DNA from: Acidobacteriota bacterium
GTDB taxonomy: Bacteria > Acidobacteriota > UBA6911
NCBI GenBank assembly: GCA_963664705.1
Contig: OY761556.1
Location: 4,672,001 to 4,736,000 of the forward strand
DNA: 64,000 bases
Direction of reading: 5' to 3'
The position numbers were made by a program, and so were the translations under genes. The stretch's first letter is position 1. Each line of letters begins with the position of its first letter. Shown here in pieces: positions 30,571 to 40,017 of this stretch. The notes under the pieces are model-generated. The model was not told the DNA's origin. It ran no database searches and saw nothing but the letters and a program-made list of their open reading frames with translations.

Positions 30571-33500
30571 TTGAATGTACCGTTTAGTACCCGGAAGGAG
30601 AAACCATTTATGTCCAGCTGCATGGCAGATCTACGGGGAACCCCCCCGCTCAAGCCGAACATGCCTGAGAAACCGGCAAGCCCAAACTCCGGCAATCGTC
30701 TGAGAATTACCATCGGAATCGGCCTATTCCTGAGCATATTCCCGGCCGCGTTTGCGTTGAGCTCTTACCTGACTACGTTCGTCAATACCTATCCCGCAGC
30801 AAAATCGACTTCACTCAACAGCTGCGTTCTCTGCCACGTTAACCCGGCAGGAGGAGGCACGCGCAATGCCTACGGAGAGGCGTTCCGAACCGCGGGACAC
30901 AGCTTTACAGCAATCGAAGCCGCCGATTCCGACGGTGACGGATATACGAATATACAGGAGATCAACGCCGGAACATTTCCCGGAGATTCAACCAGCCACC
31001 CCGGAGGAACCACCGATACAACGCCTCCGACTGTGACCAGCTTTACCATACCTTCGACCTCGTCCTCACTGACGGTTTCGATAACCCAGTTCGTCGCAAG
31101 CGACAATATGGGCGTGACCGGCTATCTGCTGACAACCTCTTCAACAAAGCCGACTGCCTCTGCATCCGGATGGGCAACAACTCCTCCGGCCAGCTACACC
31201 TTCAGTGCAGCCGGAACGCAGACGTTGTATGCCTGGGCAAAGGATGCCGCAGCGAACGTATCGAACAGCCTGAGCCGGAGTGTTGTCATCACACTGCCGA
31301 CGGGTCCCGATACCACCGCTCCCGTTGTAAGCCAGTTCAGTCTGCCTTCAACCTCGAGCACATTGGCAGTTTCGATTCTGGCGTTTACTGCCACAGATAA
31401 TATCGGCGTGACCGGCTATCTGCTGACGGCCTCTTCAACAAAGCCGACCGCATCTGCAACCGGATGGGGAGCCACGGCGCCCGCAAGCTACACGTTCGCC
31501 TCGGTGGGAACAAAAACTCTATACGCCTGGGCCAAGGATGCCGCAGGCAACGTATCCGCGGCCAAATCGGCATCCACCAGCATCACGTTGCCTGCGACCT
31601 CTTCCATCAAGTCGATCAATTCGACCAGCCAGAACCGCTCCTCGCTGCCGCAGGTTCCGGTGTCGGAACAGAGCCGCACACAGCTTGCAGGCTACCAAAT
31701 GGTCGCCGCCAATGACCTGGGAATGCACTGTCAGGATGTCGATCAGCGCGTAGCCAGCATTCTGCCGCCATTTAATGTTCTGCATGCACAGGTCATCAAG
31801 AAAGGCCATCAACCTGTCATCCTCGATGGAACACAGGCAGAGGTGGTCTACTCAGCGGCTTCGAACCCGCAGGATCCCGCACTGGCCAACCCGGTCCCCG
31901 GGATGGTATACAAAACAAATTTCTGGGATGTCAATCCCAGGACGGGCAAACCGATTGCCTATGACGCATTCGACGCCTATTATCCGGCCGGCATCCTGCA
32001 GCTCTTCCAGCTGTCCGGCGACGTTGGCCTTCCCGCCCCCAACCTGCAGTTGCTTTATCCGCTTAGCGGGGCAGGCAAGCTCACAGCCGATCAACAGGGA
32101 ATGCCCAGCGCGACAGGACGATGGGTCACCCTTCCATACTCCGCGAATGTCCCGCAGCCATTCGCTCTCTTTTACAAGTTCTTCCCGTTTTTTAAGAACT
32201 TTGCCTTTGGATACAATCTCACCGGTATCAACTGGTTCTCGGGCGAAGGAATTCCGGCGACACCCTATGATGATCTTGGCCGCCAGAATCCCTATCCTCT
32301 GATGCGCCTTCAGTCCTATGCCGCTCAAGGCAACACGCAGGGGCTGAAGACCGGAACGGTGATGACTTCTCTGGATGTCGTCACTCCGGTCTCCGGCGAG
32401 GTAAGCTGCGGCAATTGCCATCTTGCAGCGCCATACGGCAACGGAATGGCCACTTCGGGAATCATCCCAGCCACCCCGTTGAATGATCCTCAATACGGAG
32501 CAGTTCCCTCGGCGGTCAGTCTTGAGTATGCTTTTGATGTCAATATTCTCCGCCTGCATGACCTCCGGAACGGGACGAACCTTCAGAACCAGACTCCAGT
32601 TTCCTGCCAGCGTTGTCACTATACGCCGGCTCTGGACCTTGCGCATGTAGGTCCTTCCAATGACAATGGCCGTCAGCAGACAACCCACGAGACGTTCTCG
32701 CGGGCGATGCATGCTTTCCATGGCAGCCTGGGAGTGTTCCCATCCATGCCATCACCGGCGGCCCGGAACGCTGCCACGCGAGACACCGTCCTCGGACAAA
32801 CCTGCTACCAGTGCCATCCGGGGCAGGTCACCAAGTGCTTCCGCGGAGCCATGTATAACAGTGGAGCTGCATGCCAGGACTGCCACGGAAACATGGCCCA
32901 GATCGGCAACGATTTCTCCAAAACCGTTCCTACGAACGGCACGTTCACTGTCCGGGGAGACTTCTATACCAACTCGTCTACTCCGCGCGTTCCTTGGGCG
33001 AATGAACCGATGTGTCAGTCGTGCCATACGGGAGACATAAACAAGAATCTATCGACAGCAACCGGTGTTGTTAAGGCATCGGATGGACTGCGGCTGATCC
33101 AGGCCTTCAAGACCGGCGATGCCAATGCCAAACCGATTGTCGCCAGCAACCGACGCTTCGCCGAGAACCAGACCGGAAGCGGCTCCACAACCAAACAGGT
33201 TCTGTTCCGCCTCAGCAAGGGACACGGTGGAATATTCTGCGAAGGCTGCCATGGCAGCACCCACGCGGAATGGCCCAACGCAACCGCCAATGCCAATGAC
33301 AACATTGCCGCGACGCAGCTGCAGGGACATACCGGAAAGATCGTCGAATGCGTTGCCTGCCACGGCAGCAATACTTTGACGACCTCCGATTTCGTCGGAA
33401 ACTTTGATGCCAACGGCATGATGAAGGGACCTCACGGCATGCATCCGGTTGGTCAAAGCTGGATTTCAGGTCACCGTACGGTATTCAAGGACAGCCGGAC

Positions 33501-33669
33501 ACCGGCCGGAAATTGCCAGGCTTGCCATGGCAATCAATTGCAGGGCTCGGTACTGGCCAAGGTAGCGACCAACCGTAGCTTCAACGTGGAGCATTCAACC
33601 AGAACCCTGGCTCAGGGAACTCAGGTAAGCTGCACCCTGTGCCATGAGAATCCGTTGTATGAAGACTAG
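30571..33669 (+). CDS. Large exported decaheme c-type cytochrome with two Ig-like repeats (true start may be 30661)
   Basis: Signal peptide ending AFA; 10 CxxCH motifs; DSDGDGYTN Ca-binding-like motif; NDLGMHC motif; two 98-aa Ser/Thr-rich repeats. Confidence 0.9.
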   Translation: MNVPFSTRKEKPFMSSCMADLRGTPPLKPNMPEKPASPNSGNRLRITIGIGLFLSIFPAAFALSSYLTTFVNTYPAAKSTSLNSCVLCHVNPAGGGTRNAYGEAFRTAGHSFTAIEAADSDGDGYTNIQEINAGTFPGDSTSHPGGTTDTTPPTVTSFTIPSTSSSLTVSITQFVASDNMGVTGYLLTTSSTKPTASASGWATTPPASYTFSAAGTQTLYAWAKDAAANVSNSLSRSVVITLPTGPDTTAPVVSQFSLPSTSSTLAVSILAFTATDNIGVTGYLLTASSTKPTASATGWGATAPASYTFASVGTKTLYAWAKDAAGNVSAAKSASTSITLPATSSIKSINSTSQNRSSLPQVPVSEQSRTQLAGYQMVAANDLGMHCQDVDQRVASILPPFNVLHAQVIKKGHQPVILDGTQAEVVYSAASNPQDPALANPVPGMVYKTNFWDVNPRTGKPIAYDAFDAYYPAGILQLFQLSGDVGLPAPNLQLLYPLSGAGKLTADQQGMPSATGRWVTLPYSANVPQPFALFYKFFPFFKNFAFGYNLTGINWFSGEGIPATPYDDLGRQNPYPLMRLQSYAAQGNTQGLKTGTVMTSLDVVTPVSGEVSCGNCHLAAPYGNGMATSGIIPATPLNDPQYGAVPSAVSLEYAFDVNILRLHDLRNGTNLQNQTPVSCQRCHYTPALDLAHVGPSNDNGRQQTTHETFSRAMHAFHGSLGVFPSMPSPAARNAATRDTVLGQTCYQCHPGQVTKCFRGAMYNSGAACQDCHGNMAQIGNDFSKTVPTNGTFTVRGDFYTNSSTPRVPWANEPMCQSCHTGDINKNLSTATGVVKASDGLRLIQAFKTGDANAKPIVASNRRFAENQTGSGSTTKQVLFRLSKGHGGIFCEGCHGSTHAEWPNATANANDNIAATQLQGHTGKIVECVACHGSNTLTTSDFVGNFDANGMMKGPHGMHPVGQSWISGHRTVFKDSRTPAGNCQACHGNQLQGSVLAKVATNRSFNVEHSTRTLAQGTQVSCTLCHENPLYED
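31015..31593 (+). repeat. Intragenic tandem duplication with a 294-nt period, encoding Ig-like modules
   Basis: DTTPP...LYAWAKDAA and DTTAP...LYAWAKDAA; long identical DNA stretches such as GGCGTGACCGGCTATCTGCTGAC. Confidence 0.85.
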
Positions 33670-33780
33670 GAATCTCTCAATTTAAAGGAGACATGCGTGG
33701 GGCTTCGAGTCCCTTACAGGCTGAACGTGAAAACGAGCGACTGAATTCGACAACCAGCCCCACCGCATGACCGCAAATCC

Positions 33781-33819
33781 CACCGGCCGGTGCCTACATG
33801 CCCGGCCGGTGTTTTTTTT
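33781..33819 (+). terminator. Rho-independent terminator after the decaheme gene
   Basis: CACCGGCCGG-loop-CCGGCCGGTG followed by T8. Confidence 0.85.
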
Positions 33820-33828
33820 GGAAATCAC

Positions 33829-34002
33829 TTAATTTTTAGATTCCCCTTCAATGGATTCTGGCAGCGGAGCATGGGTTACCTGATTGAAACAGACATAGCA
33901 GATGGGCCCTCTCTCCGTCTGCATTTTCATCCACTCAAACTCCGGTCCCAGATCACGCCCGCAAATGAAGCAGTTATTGGCACCTGTACTGTATTCTTCC
34001 AT
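33829..34002 (-). CDS. Small (57 aa) CxxC...CxxC putative zinc-finger protein
   Basis: CFIC and CYVC pairs; GGAGAGGA RBS upstream of ATG 34002. Confidence 0.5.
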   Translation of the reverse strand: MEEYSTGANNCFICGRDLGPEFEWMKMQTERGPICYVCFNQVTHAPLPESIEGESKN

Positions 34003-34077
34003 CGATGGATCCTCTCCCCGAAAACGGATACGGTCCTTTTTCAAAAATATCGTTAATGCAAAAACAATAGGCTGTAA

Positions 34078-34119
34078 TTGACCTGCATCAAGTTTCCCGC
34101 ATTTACTCCGTACTAGAAT
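34078..34119 (+). promoter_or_regulatory. CRP/FNR-family box with class II promoter
   Basis: TTGACCTGCATCAA (34078-34091) and -10 TAGAAT (34114-34119) at the spacing expected for a -41.5 site. Confidence 0.7.
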
Positions 34120-34189
34120 CGTATCTGAGGAATATGTCTCAGCAAAACTGCCGGATCACCCGGCAGCTCGATGATCGGGAGAATATCTG

Positions 34190-34774
34190 ATGAAACTGAT
34201 GAAAGGGTCGATGATCCTGACTCTCTTTGCTTTCCAGGTCGCGACCGCTCCTTCGAACGCACAGATGCAGTGTATATGCCACAGCAAACAGCCTGCCATG
34301 AAACGGATGCACGAAATGACAGGCAAAACCGGCTGCGGCAATTGTCATACCAAAGACGAAAACCTGATGTCGAAGAGGGAGGGGAAGGATCCGGCCGCCA
34401 AAGCCAACACGGAAAGACGACAGAAAGAGGATCGTCTTTGCGTCCCCTGCCATAGCAAAAAGGAAGGCATCGCAAAGGAAGCCGGTCTCAACAAGGACGC
34501 GATGGGAATTTCCGGTACGCTCTATTGCCCCAAGGACAAGCTGAAGCTTCCTCCGGATAGCAAACGTTGTCCCAAATGCAGCGGTCCTTTGTTGAATATG
34601 GATGCTCTCATGGCAACTTCAGCCCAAAGCCCTTCGAACGACATCTGCATGAATTGCCATTTGAGTGAAGAAATCCAGCAGATCAAACGGCACACTATTT
34701 TCAATAATGAAAAACTCAAGAAATGCCTGGATTGTCATACCGGACACAGCGATTGCGGCAACTGCCATCACTGA
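34190..34774 (+). CDS. Small periplasmic pentaheme c-type cytochrome with an internal Cys-rich metal-binding-like insert
   Basis: Signal peptide; 5 CxxCH plus one CICH; YCPKD...CPKCSGPL insert. Confidence 0.85.
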   Translation: MKLMKGSMILTLFAFQVATAPSNAQMQCICHSKQPAMKRMHEMTGKTGCGNCHTKDENLMSKREGKDPAAKANTERRQKEDRLCVPCHSKKEGIAKEAGLNKDAMGISGTLYCPKDKLKLPPDSKRCPKCSGPLLNMDALMATSAQSPSNDICMNCHLSEEIQQIKRHTIFNNEKLKKCLDCHTGHSDCGNCHH

Positions 34775-34889
34775 CAATCTGAAAACCGGGAGCATCTCCA
34801 TCTCCCGGGAATTGGAAAGGGAGTCGCTCCCGGCAGTAGTTCCAGCCTGATTCCCTGCCGGGTCAGGCTGGAGTCCAAAAAACAAATCC

Positions 34890-34931
34890 TTGACCTGGAT
34901 CAATTACAGACCGGCGGATTGCATGAATAAT
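34890..34931 (+). promoter_or_regulatory. CRP/FNR-family box with class II promoter
   Basis: TTGACCTGGATCAA (34890-34903) and -10-like AATAAT (34926-34931). Confidence 0.65.
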
Positions 34932-34977
34932 GGAATCGATAGTGTGGACACAGCGGATGTTATGAAAGGAGCATTGC

Positions 34978-37353
34978 ATGGCTGATTTAGCTGGAGTAAA
35001 CGGAACCAGAAAAGATTTCAGGGTTGTCGGAAAGCCGAACCTTCCGGGAGTCCTGTCCTGGTCGCAGGCAACGGGTGCTGCAAGATTCGGAATTGACTAT
35101 GCCGTTCCAGACATGCTTCACGCCAAGTTTCTCCGCAGTCCTTATGCGAACGCGCGCATCAAGAGTCTCGACATCACAAAAGCCAAAGCCGTTCCAGGCG
35201 TTGTGGATATTGTTACCTGGGAAGACGAGGACATGAAGAAACTGAGCAGCGGTGGCGACGGCGGCTTTTTCATGGGACCCAGCCAGGCCTTCCTGGACAA
35301 TCTGGCCGATCAGGAAGGAGCCGAAGTGGGCGTTATCGTCGTGGCAGAAAATCCAGATATCTGCGATGAGGCGCTGCGGGCGCTCGTTGTGGAATGGGAA
35401 GAGTTGCCCTTTGTTGTGGACCTGCGCAAAGGACGAACCGCGGATGCGCCGGTCATCCGGCCGCCTTCGCCGGCCGGGAAAGGTGGCGGTGGATTTGGAA
35501 TGGGCGGAGGCAATAATCCTCCCAAGAAAGGCAATGTCAGTTATTCCAATACCAATGACGGCGATGTCGAAAAGGGTTTCAAGGAAGCGGACCACATCCT
35601 CGAATATGACGTGAACACCTCCGCCTTTGCCGGTCATATCCCCAATCCTCTGGGCACCGTTGCCTGGTGGTTCGATGATCCTCTGCACGGAGAAGGCAAA
35701 AGCCTCCAGATAGAAGGGGTTCCCTGGGGACATGATCAGGTTGCCGGCATGAACCGCGTGTCGCCCGACAAGGTTTTCCAGAACTGCATGTTCGTAGGCG
35801 GCCGGTACTGTGACTGGGGCATCCGCAAATCGCAGCAGATCACTCCGCTGCTCGCCAAAAGAGCCGGCCGACCCGTTCGATGCGTCAACACCAGGGCGGA
35901 TATGTACGATTTCAACCTGTGTCAGCGTTACGTGCATATGAAGATTGGATTCAAAAGCAACGGCCTGATTACGGCCATAGAAGATTTTTCAATTGCGGAT
36001 GGTGGGATCCGTGGAAGCTCGATGTTCGGGAATACGATGGATCAGACCTACGGGCCCTATTTCACCACCAAGTGCCTGAACGTCAAACAGAGCATGGAGG
36101 TCGTGGACAGCAACACAGGAATGATGTATGTCAGCGGCCAGCACAATCCCATGGGCTGGGATACACTGATGGTTGGCATCTATCTGATTGCCGAAAAGCT
36201 CGGCAAAGATCCGATCGAAATCGCGACGCTGAATCTGCACGGGCCGACATCTCAGACCGACACGAATCCCGTACCCAGCTATGAGGCCTGCGTTGCGGCT
36301 GTAAAAAAGATGATGAACTGGAACTGGCATCAGACGGGCGCCAAAAAGCTGCCGGACGGCCGTATGCACGGAGCCAGCTTCCGCTACAATCAGTGCCCGC
36401 GCCATTCCGTATCGGGATACAACCCCAAACTCGAACTCCGCAACGGCATCGTGCATCTGCCCTCCAAGGGTCCCATCATCGGCCACTATGGCCTGGAAGC
36501 CAATGCCATGGTCGTGGCGGAAGAACTTGGCCTGGAGTTCAAGGATATCCGCATTGATCTGGATCACCACGAAATCTACCGGCCGTTTGGCGGTGGCAGT
36601 GACGGATCCACGGCATCTTCCTGGGCGGTCAAAGAGTGCGCCAACAAACTGAAGAAGCTGATCCTGGAAACTGCCATCGAGGAGGCAAACAATCCTCCCG
36701 CTCCCGCCGGCTTCGGCATGGGTCCCGGCGCCAAACAGGCTCCCAATCCATTCAAGGGCCTGAAGCCTGAGGACCTCGATATGCAGGGCGGCAAGGTGAT
36801 TGTCAAAGCCGATCCAAGCAAAGGCCTGCCGCTGGCGCGCGCCGTCCAGGCGAATCTGTTCGCAACCTATGCGGGAAGACCTCCGCAAGCTCTCTGGGCT
36901 CAACGGGGAAAAGCATTGGACACAATGAACGTGGTTACATGCGAAGTGGCCGTGGACACGGAAACGGGAGAAGTGGAAATCACCCGGTTTGGTGTAGTCA
37001 CCGATACCGGAAAGGTCATGCGGCGGACATCGCTGGAAAGCCAGATCGATCAGGTGATGGATTTCACCAAGGGTTGCCAGCTTCAGGAAGAATTTATCTA
37101 CGATCAGAGGACTGGAGTAAAACTCAGCACGAATATGTTCGAGTACAAGAAAGTCAGTATGCTGGACATGCCTCGAGTGGATATGGAGCTTCTGGAAACG
37201 CGCGCCGGCAATGCCTGCTACGGGTCCAACGGCATCAGCCATTCTCTTGCCAGCACACATCTGGTCATCATGGCCATCCACAACGCGATCGGCAAGTGGG
37301 TGGAATCGCCGGCCACGCCGGACAGGGTGCTCAAAGCCCTGGGCAAGGCGTAG
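34978..37353 (+). CDS. Xanthine dehydrogenase/aldehyde oxidoreductase family molybdopterin-binding subunit (divergent)
   Basis: TGAARFGID..MLHAKFLRSPYANARI a/b hammerhead; EVAVDTETGEV; QIDQ..G; AIHNAIG..PATPDRVL C-terminus; AAAGGAG RBS. Confidence 0.9.
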   Translation: MADLAGVNGTRKDFRVVGKPNLPGVLSWSQATGAARFGIDYAVPDMLHAKFLRSPYANARIKSLDITKAKAVPGVVDIVTWEDEDMKKLSSGGDGGFFMGPSQAFLDNLADQEGAEVGVIVVAENPDICDEALRALVVEWEELPFVVDLRKGRTADAPVIRPPSPAGKGGGGFGMGGGNNPPKKGNVSYSNTNDGDVEKGFKEADHILEYDVNTSAFAGHIPNPLGTVAWWFDDPLHGEGKSLQIEGVPWGHDQVAGMNRVSPDKVFQNCMFVGGRYCDWGIRKSQQITPLLAKRAGRPVRCVNTRADMYDFNLCQRYVHMKIGFKSNGLITAIEDFSIADGGIRGSSMFGNTMDQTYGPYFTTKCLNVKQSMEVVDSNTGMMYVSGQHNPMGWDTLMVGIYLIAEKLGKDPIEIATLNLHGPTSQTDTNPVPSYEACVAAVKKMMNWNWHQTGAKKLPDGRMHGASFRYNQCPRHSVSGYNPKLELRNGIVHLPSKGPIIGHYGLEANAMVVAEELGLEFKDIRIDLDHHEIYRPFGGGSDGSTASSWAVKECANKLKKLILETAIEEANNPPAPAGFGMGPGAKQAPNPFKGLKPEDLDMQGGKVIVKADPSKGLPLARAVQANLFATYAGRPPQALWAQRGKALDTMNVVTCEVAVDTETGEVEITRFGVVTDTGKVMRRTSLESQIDQVMDFTKGCQLQEEFIYDQRTGVKLSTNMFEYKKVSMLDMPRVDMELLETRAGNACYGSNGISHSLASTHLVIMAIHNAIGKWVESPATPDRVLKALGKA

Positions 37354-37416
37354 GATGATTAAAAAAGCGCTGCGCTGGATCGGAGATTGAAGGTTCTAAG
37401 CCATTGGAGGCAGTGC

Positions 37417-38703
37417 ATGCCAGAGAGATCGGGTTCCAAACGAGTACGCCCTTTGATTATTGCAGCGGCATTATGTGTCCTGCTGTCTGGTACCAGGCCC
37501 ATGACATCCGCTGCCGCTCCTCCACAAGAGCAATCACCTGGTGGCTTCCCTCAGGGAACGGCAACACCATCAGAGGACTGCGGCAAATGCCACAGGGCAA
37601 TCTATCGTGAGTTTGCCTATGGTTTCGGCGCGGATCTGAAATTCGGTGGAATGGTTCTACAGTCATTAAGGGAAGACCAACTCTTCTTGCCTGGAAATTT
37701 TGCTCCTGGTGCGACGGCTCATTCCGTTGCCGGCGTTGATCCGTTTCCTATCCATGCTCGTGAAACAGAGTCCAAGGGACGATCCTGCAACGTCTGTCAC
37801 TATCCTCAGCCTTTTATGATACCATCGCTGGACTCTCCGGAAACCGCCAAGCCCGCCGCGCGCCCCAAGGACAAAGAAGCGGGCGGAATGACCTGTGCAA
37901 GTTGCCACTTAACTCCTGATGGAAAAATTCGAGGGCCGCATACCGTTAGTGCGCCTCATGCAACAGTGTCGGATGCCAATATACAAACTGCTGCCATGTG
38001 CGCCTATTGTCATAGTTCAGGAAAGCGTGTAAGCGGAAAACAGACGCAAACATTCTTCGAATGGCGTGAAGATTTCAACAAACCCGGCCTGGGTCCTCAG
38101 CATTGCCAAAACTGCCACATGCCCAAAACAGTCCGAAAAACCGCCGAGGCTTTTGATGTCCCCGATCGAGCCGTCTCCAGACACTTGTGGATCGGTGGAC
38201 ACGCACCGCAGCGACTCAAAAGTGCTCTCAACATGGTCCTTCTTCAGCCGGACAAGAACGGGGGAAATCTCGAGTTTCACATTATTAACCTCGGGGCAGG
38301 CCATTCAGTACCCACAGGGTCCAATCGACGGGGAATGTATCTGCGAGCAGAAGCCATTGATGCAAAGGGGAAAGTAATGGACAGACGCCAATGGCTGTTT
38401 GCGCCATGGTATGGAGATCGCCCGGATGACCGCAAATTTCTCGAGGAAGATAAAGGCCGAGACGATGCCACGGCGGCGATGCAGGCCGATGCACAAGGTC
38501 CGCATGAGAACATCATTCGCGCAGGCGAGGAGCGCATTCTCTCGTGGTCGCCGACGCTGAAGGCGGGCAGCTATACGATCAAGGCCCAGCTCGTCTACGA
38601 CCTGAACCGCTATAACGATCCCCAATATGCAGAGGATCAAACAGAACTTACTGTCACCTCATTGAACATGAAGATTGGCCTCGGAGCCGGCTCGGGCAAA
38701 TAA
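37417..38703 (+). CDS. Periplasmic pentaheme c-type cytochrome (c554/c552-like N-terminus, beta-rich C-terminus)
   Basis: Signal peptide; 5 CxxCH; AGHSVPTG motif; GGAGG RBS. Confidence 0.85.
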   Translation: MPERSGSKRVRPLIIAAALCVLLSGTRPMTSAAAPPQEQSPGGFPQGTATPSEDCGKCHRAIYREFAYGFGADLKFGGMVLQSLREDQLFLPGNFAPGATAHSVAGVDPFPIHARETESKGRSCNVCHYPQPFMIPSLDSPETAKPAARPKDKEAGGMTCASCHLTPDGKIRGPHTVSAPHATVSDANIQTAAMCAYCHSSGKRVSGKQTQTFFEWREDFNKPGLGPQHCQNCHMPKTVRKTAEAFDVPDRAVSRHLWIGGHAPQRLKSALNMVLLQPDKNGGNLEFHIINLGAGHSVPTGSNRRGMYLRAEAIDAKGKVMDRRQWLFAPWYGDRPDDRKFLEEDKGRDDATAAMQADAQGPHENIIRAGEERILSWSPTLKAGSYTIKAQLVYDLNRYNDPQYAEDQTELTVTSLNMKIGLGAGSGK

Positions 38704-38762
38704 TTCATCGAAACCTGCGCAACCAGGCAAAGGCAGGGCAACAATCAGCATTGGGTGCTGAC

Positions 38763-39314
38763 TCAGAACCAGAATTCAGGGTATTTGCGCGTTTTCGGAA
38801 TGTTGTTCACCAGCAGCGCCACTGCGAGCATGATCATTGCGCCCAATGCGGTCGGGATAATTGGATAAAGGAATCCCAGGCTCTGGACTTTCTCGCCGCC
38901 GATAACGGCAATCAGGGCGGTAGCTCCTCCAGGTGGATGCAGTGTCCTGGTAATGTGCATCAATGCCAGCGCTGTGGCCACGGCAATTGCGGCGGCAATC
39001 CAAATGCATGGGTGAAACAGCTTGTACGATGCGACTCCGATAAATGCCGAAAGCACATGCCCCCCAACAAGATTCCTGGGCTGAGCCAAAGGGCTCTTGA
39101 TAGCACCATAGATCAGAATGGCGGAGGCGCCAAACGATCCAAGCATGAGGCCCATGGCTGAGCCCTCAAGAATGACGTAGTTCAGATAGCCCACGGCCGA
39201 GATCCCAAGAAAAGCGCCAATCCATGACCAGATGATTTCGGAAATACTCACACGGGGCGGCGTGCAGGAAACCGCGCGTAATTTGTTTAGCAATTTATTC
39301 TCAGCGAAAAGCAT
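38763..39314 (-). CDS. HPP-family membrane protein (putative nitrite transporter)
   Basis: SFGASAIL, PLAQPRN and LHPPGGA motifs; multiple TM segments. Confidence 0.92.
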   Translation of the reverse strand: MLFAENKLLNKLRAVSCTPPRVSISEIIWSWIGAFLGISAVGYLNYVILEGSAMGLMLGSFGASAILIYGAIKSPLAQPRNLVGGHVLSAFIGVASYKLFHPCIWIAAAIAVATALALMHITRTLHPPGGATALIAVIGGEKVQSLGFLYPIIPTALGAMIMLAVALLVNNIPKTRKYPEFWF

Positions 39315-39358
39315 ACGACGGCATCCTCAAGTGATATTGCGGATAGGAATGAGCGCTT

Positions 39359-39973
39359 CTAGAAAGATATGCGGACAATATCTGCGCGAGATACGATCCC
39401 GACAAGCCGCCCCTGCGAATCAACCACGGGAACCCGGTTGATTGCTTTCTCCGTCAGAATAGCGGTGATCTGCCGCAGCGTCGCCTGCTCATCCACCGTT
39501 ATTGCGGGAGACGTCATTATGTCGGCCGCTTTCCCATCCCGTATGGTCATCGCGATGCAGCAATGATTCCTGATGCAGTCGGCAATGACGCCCATCAGGC
39601 TCTTTGCCGTGCGATCTCCCATATGAGAACAGAAATCCTTTTCAGAGATAATCCCCTGAACCCTCATTTCCCTATCAATAACAGGAATTCCGGAAATTTC
39701 GTTTGCGGCTAATATCTCTGCCACCTCGCTGAGTGGAGTGTCCACCCGCACCGTAAAGACCTTTTGCGTCATCAGGTCGCGCGCCTTTACGGAGTTGGCA
39801 ATCCGATCCAGTGCATGTCTGAAGGAGTGGGAATAGATTTCCTTTAAATCAGCGGGAGTAATATCCAGATATCCCGGTATCTCCTTCATCGCCTCATAGA
39901 TGTCTGCATCACTGATTTCCGGCTGGAATAGCGACGATTTTGTTCCGCCATTATCATGCTTGGCTTTTGTCAC
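39359..39973 (-). CDS. CBS-domain protein of the type associated with HPP proteins
   Basis: YLDITPADL N-terminal motif plus a tandem CBS pair. Confidence 0.9.
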   Translation of the reverse strand: MTKAKHDNGGTKSSLFQPEISDADIYEAMKEIPGYLDITPADLKEIYSHSFRHALDRIANSVKARDLMTQKVFTVRVDTPLSEVAEILAANEISGIPVIDREMRVQGIISEKDFCSHMGDRTAKSLMGVIADCIRNHCCIAMTIRDGKAADIMTSPAITVDEQATLRQITAILTEKAINRVPVVDSQGRLVGIVSRADIVRISF

Positions 39974-40017
39974 GTTCGTCCAACCCTTATCTGTGCTTTA
40001 GTCATTGATCCTATCGC

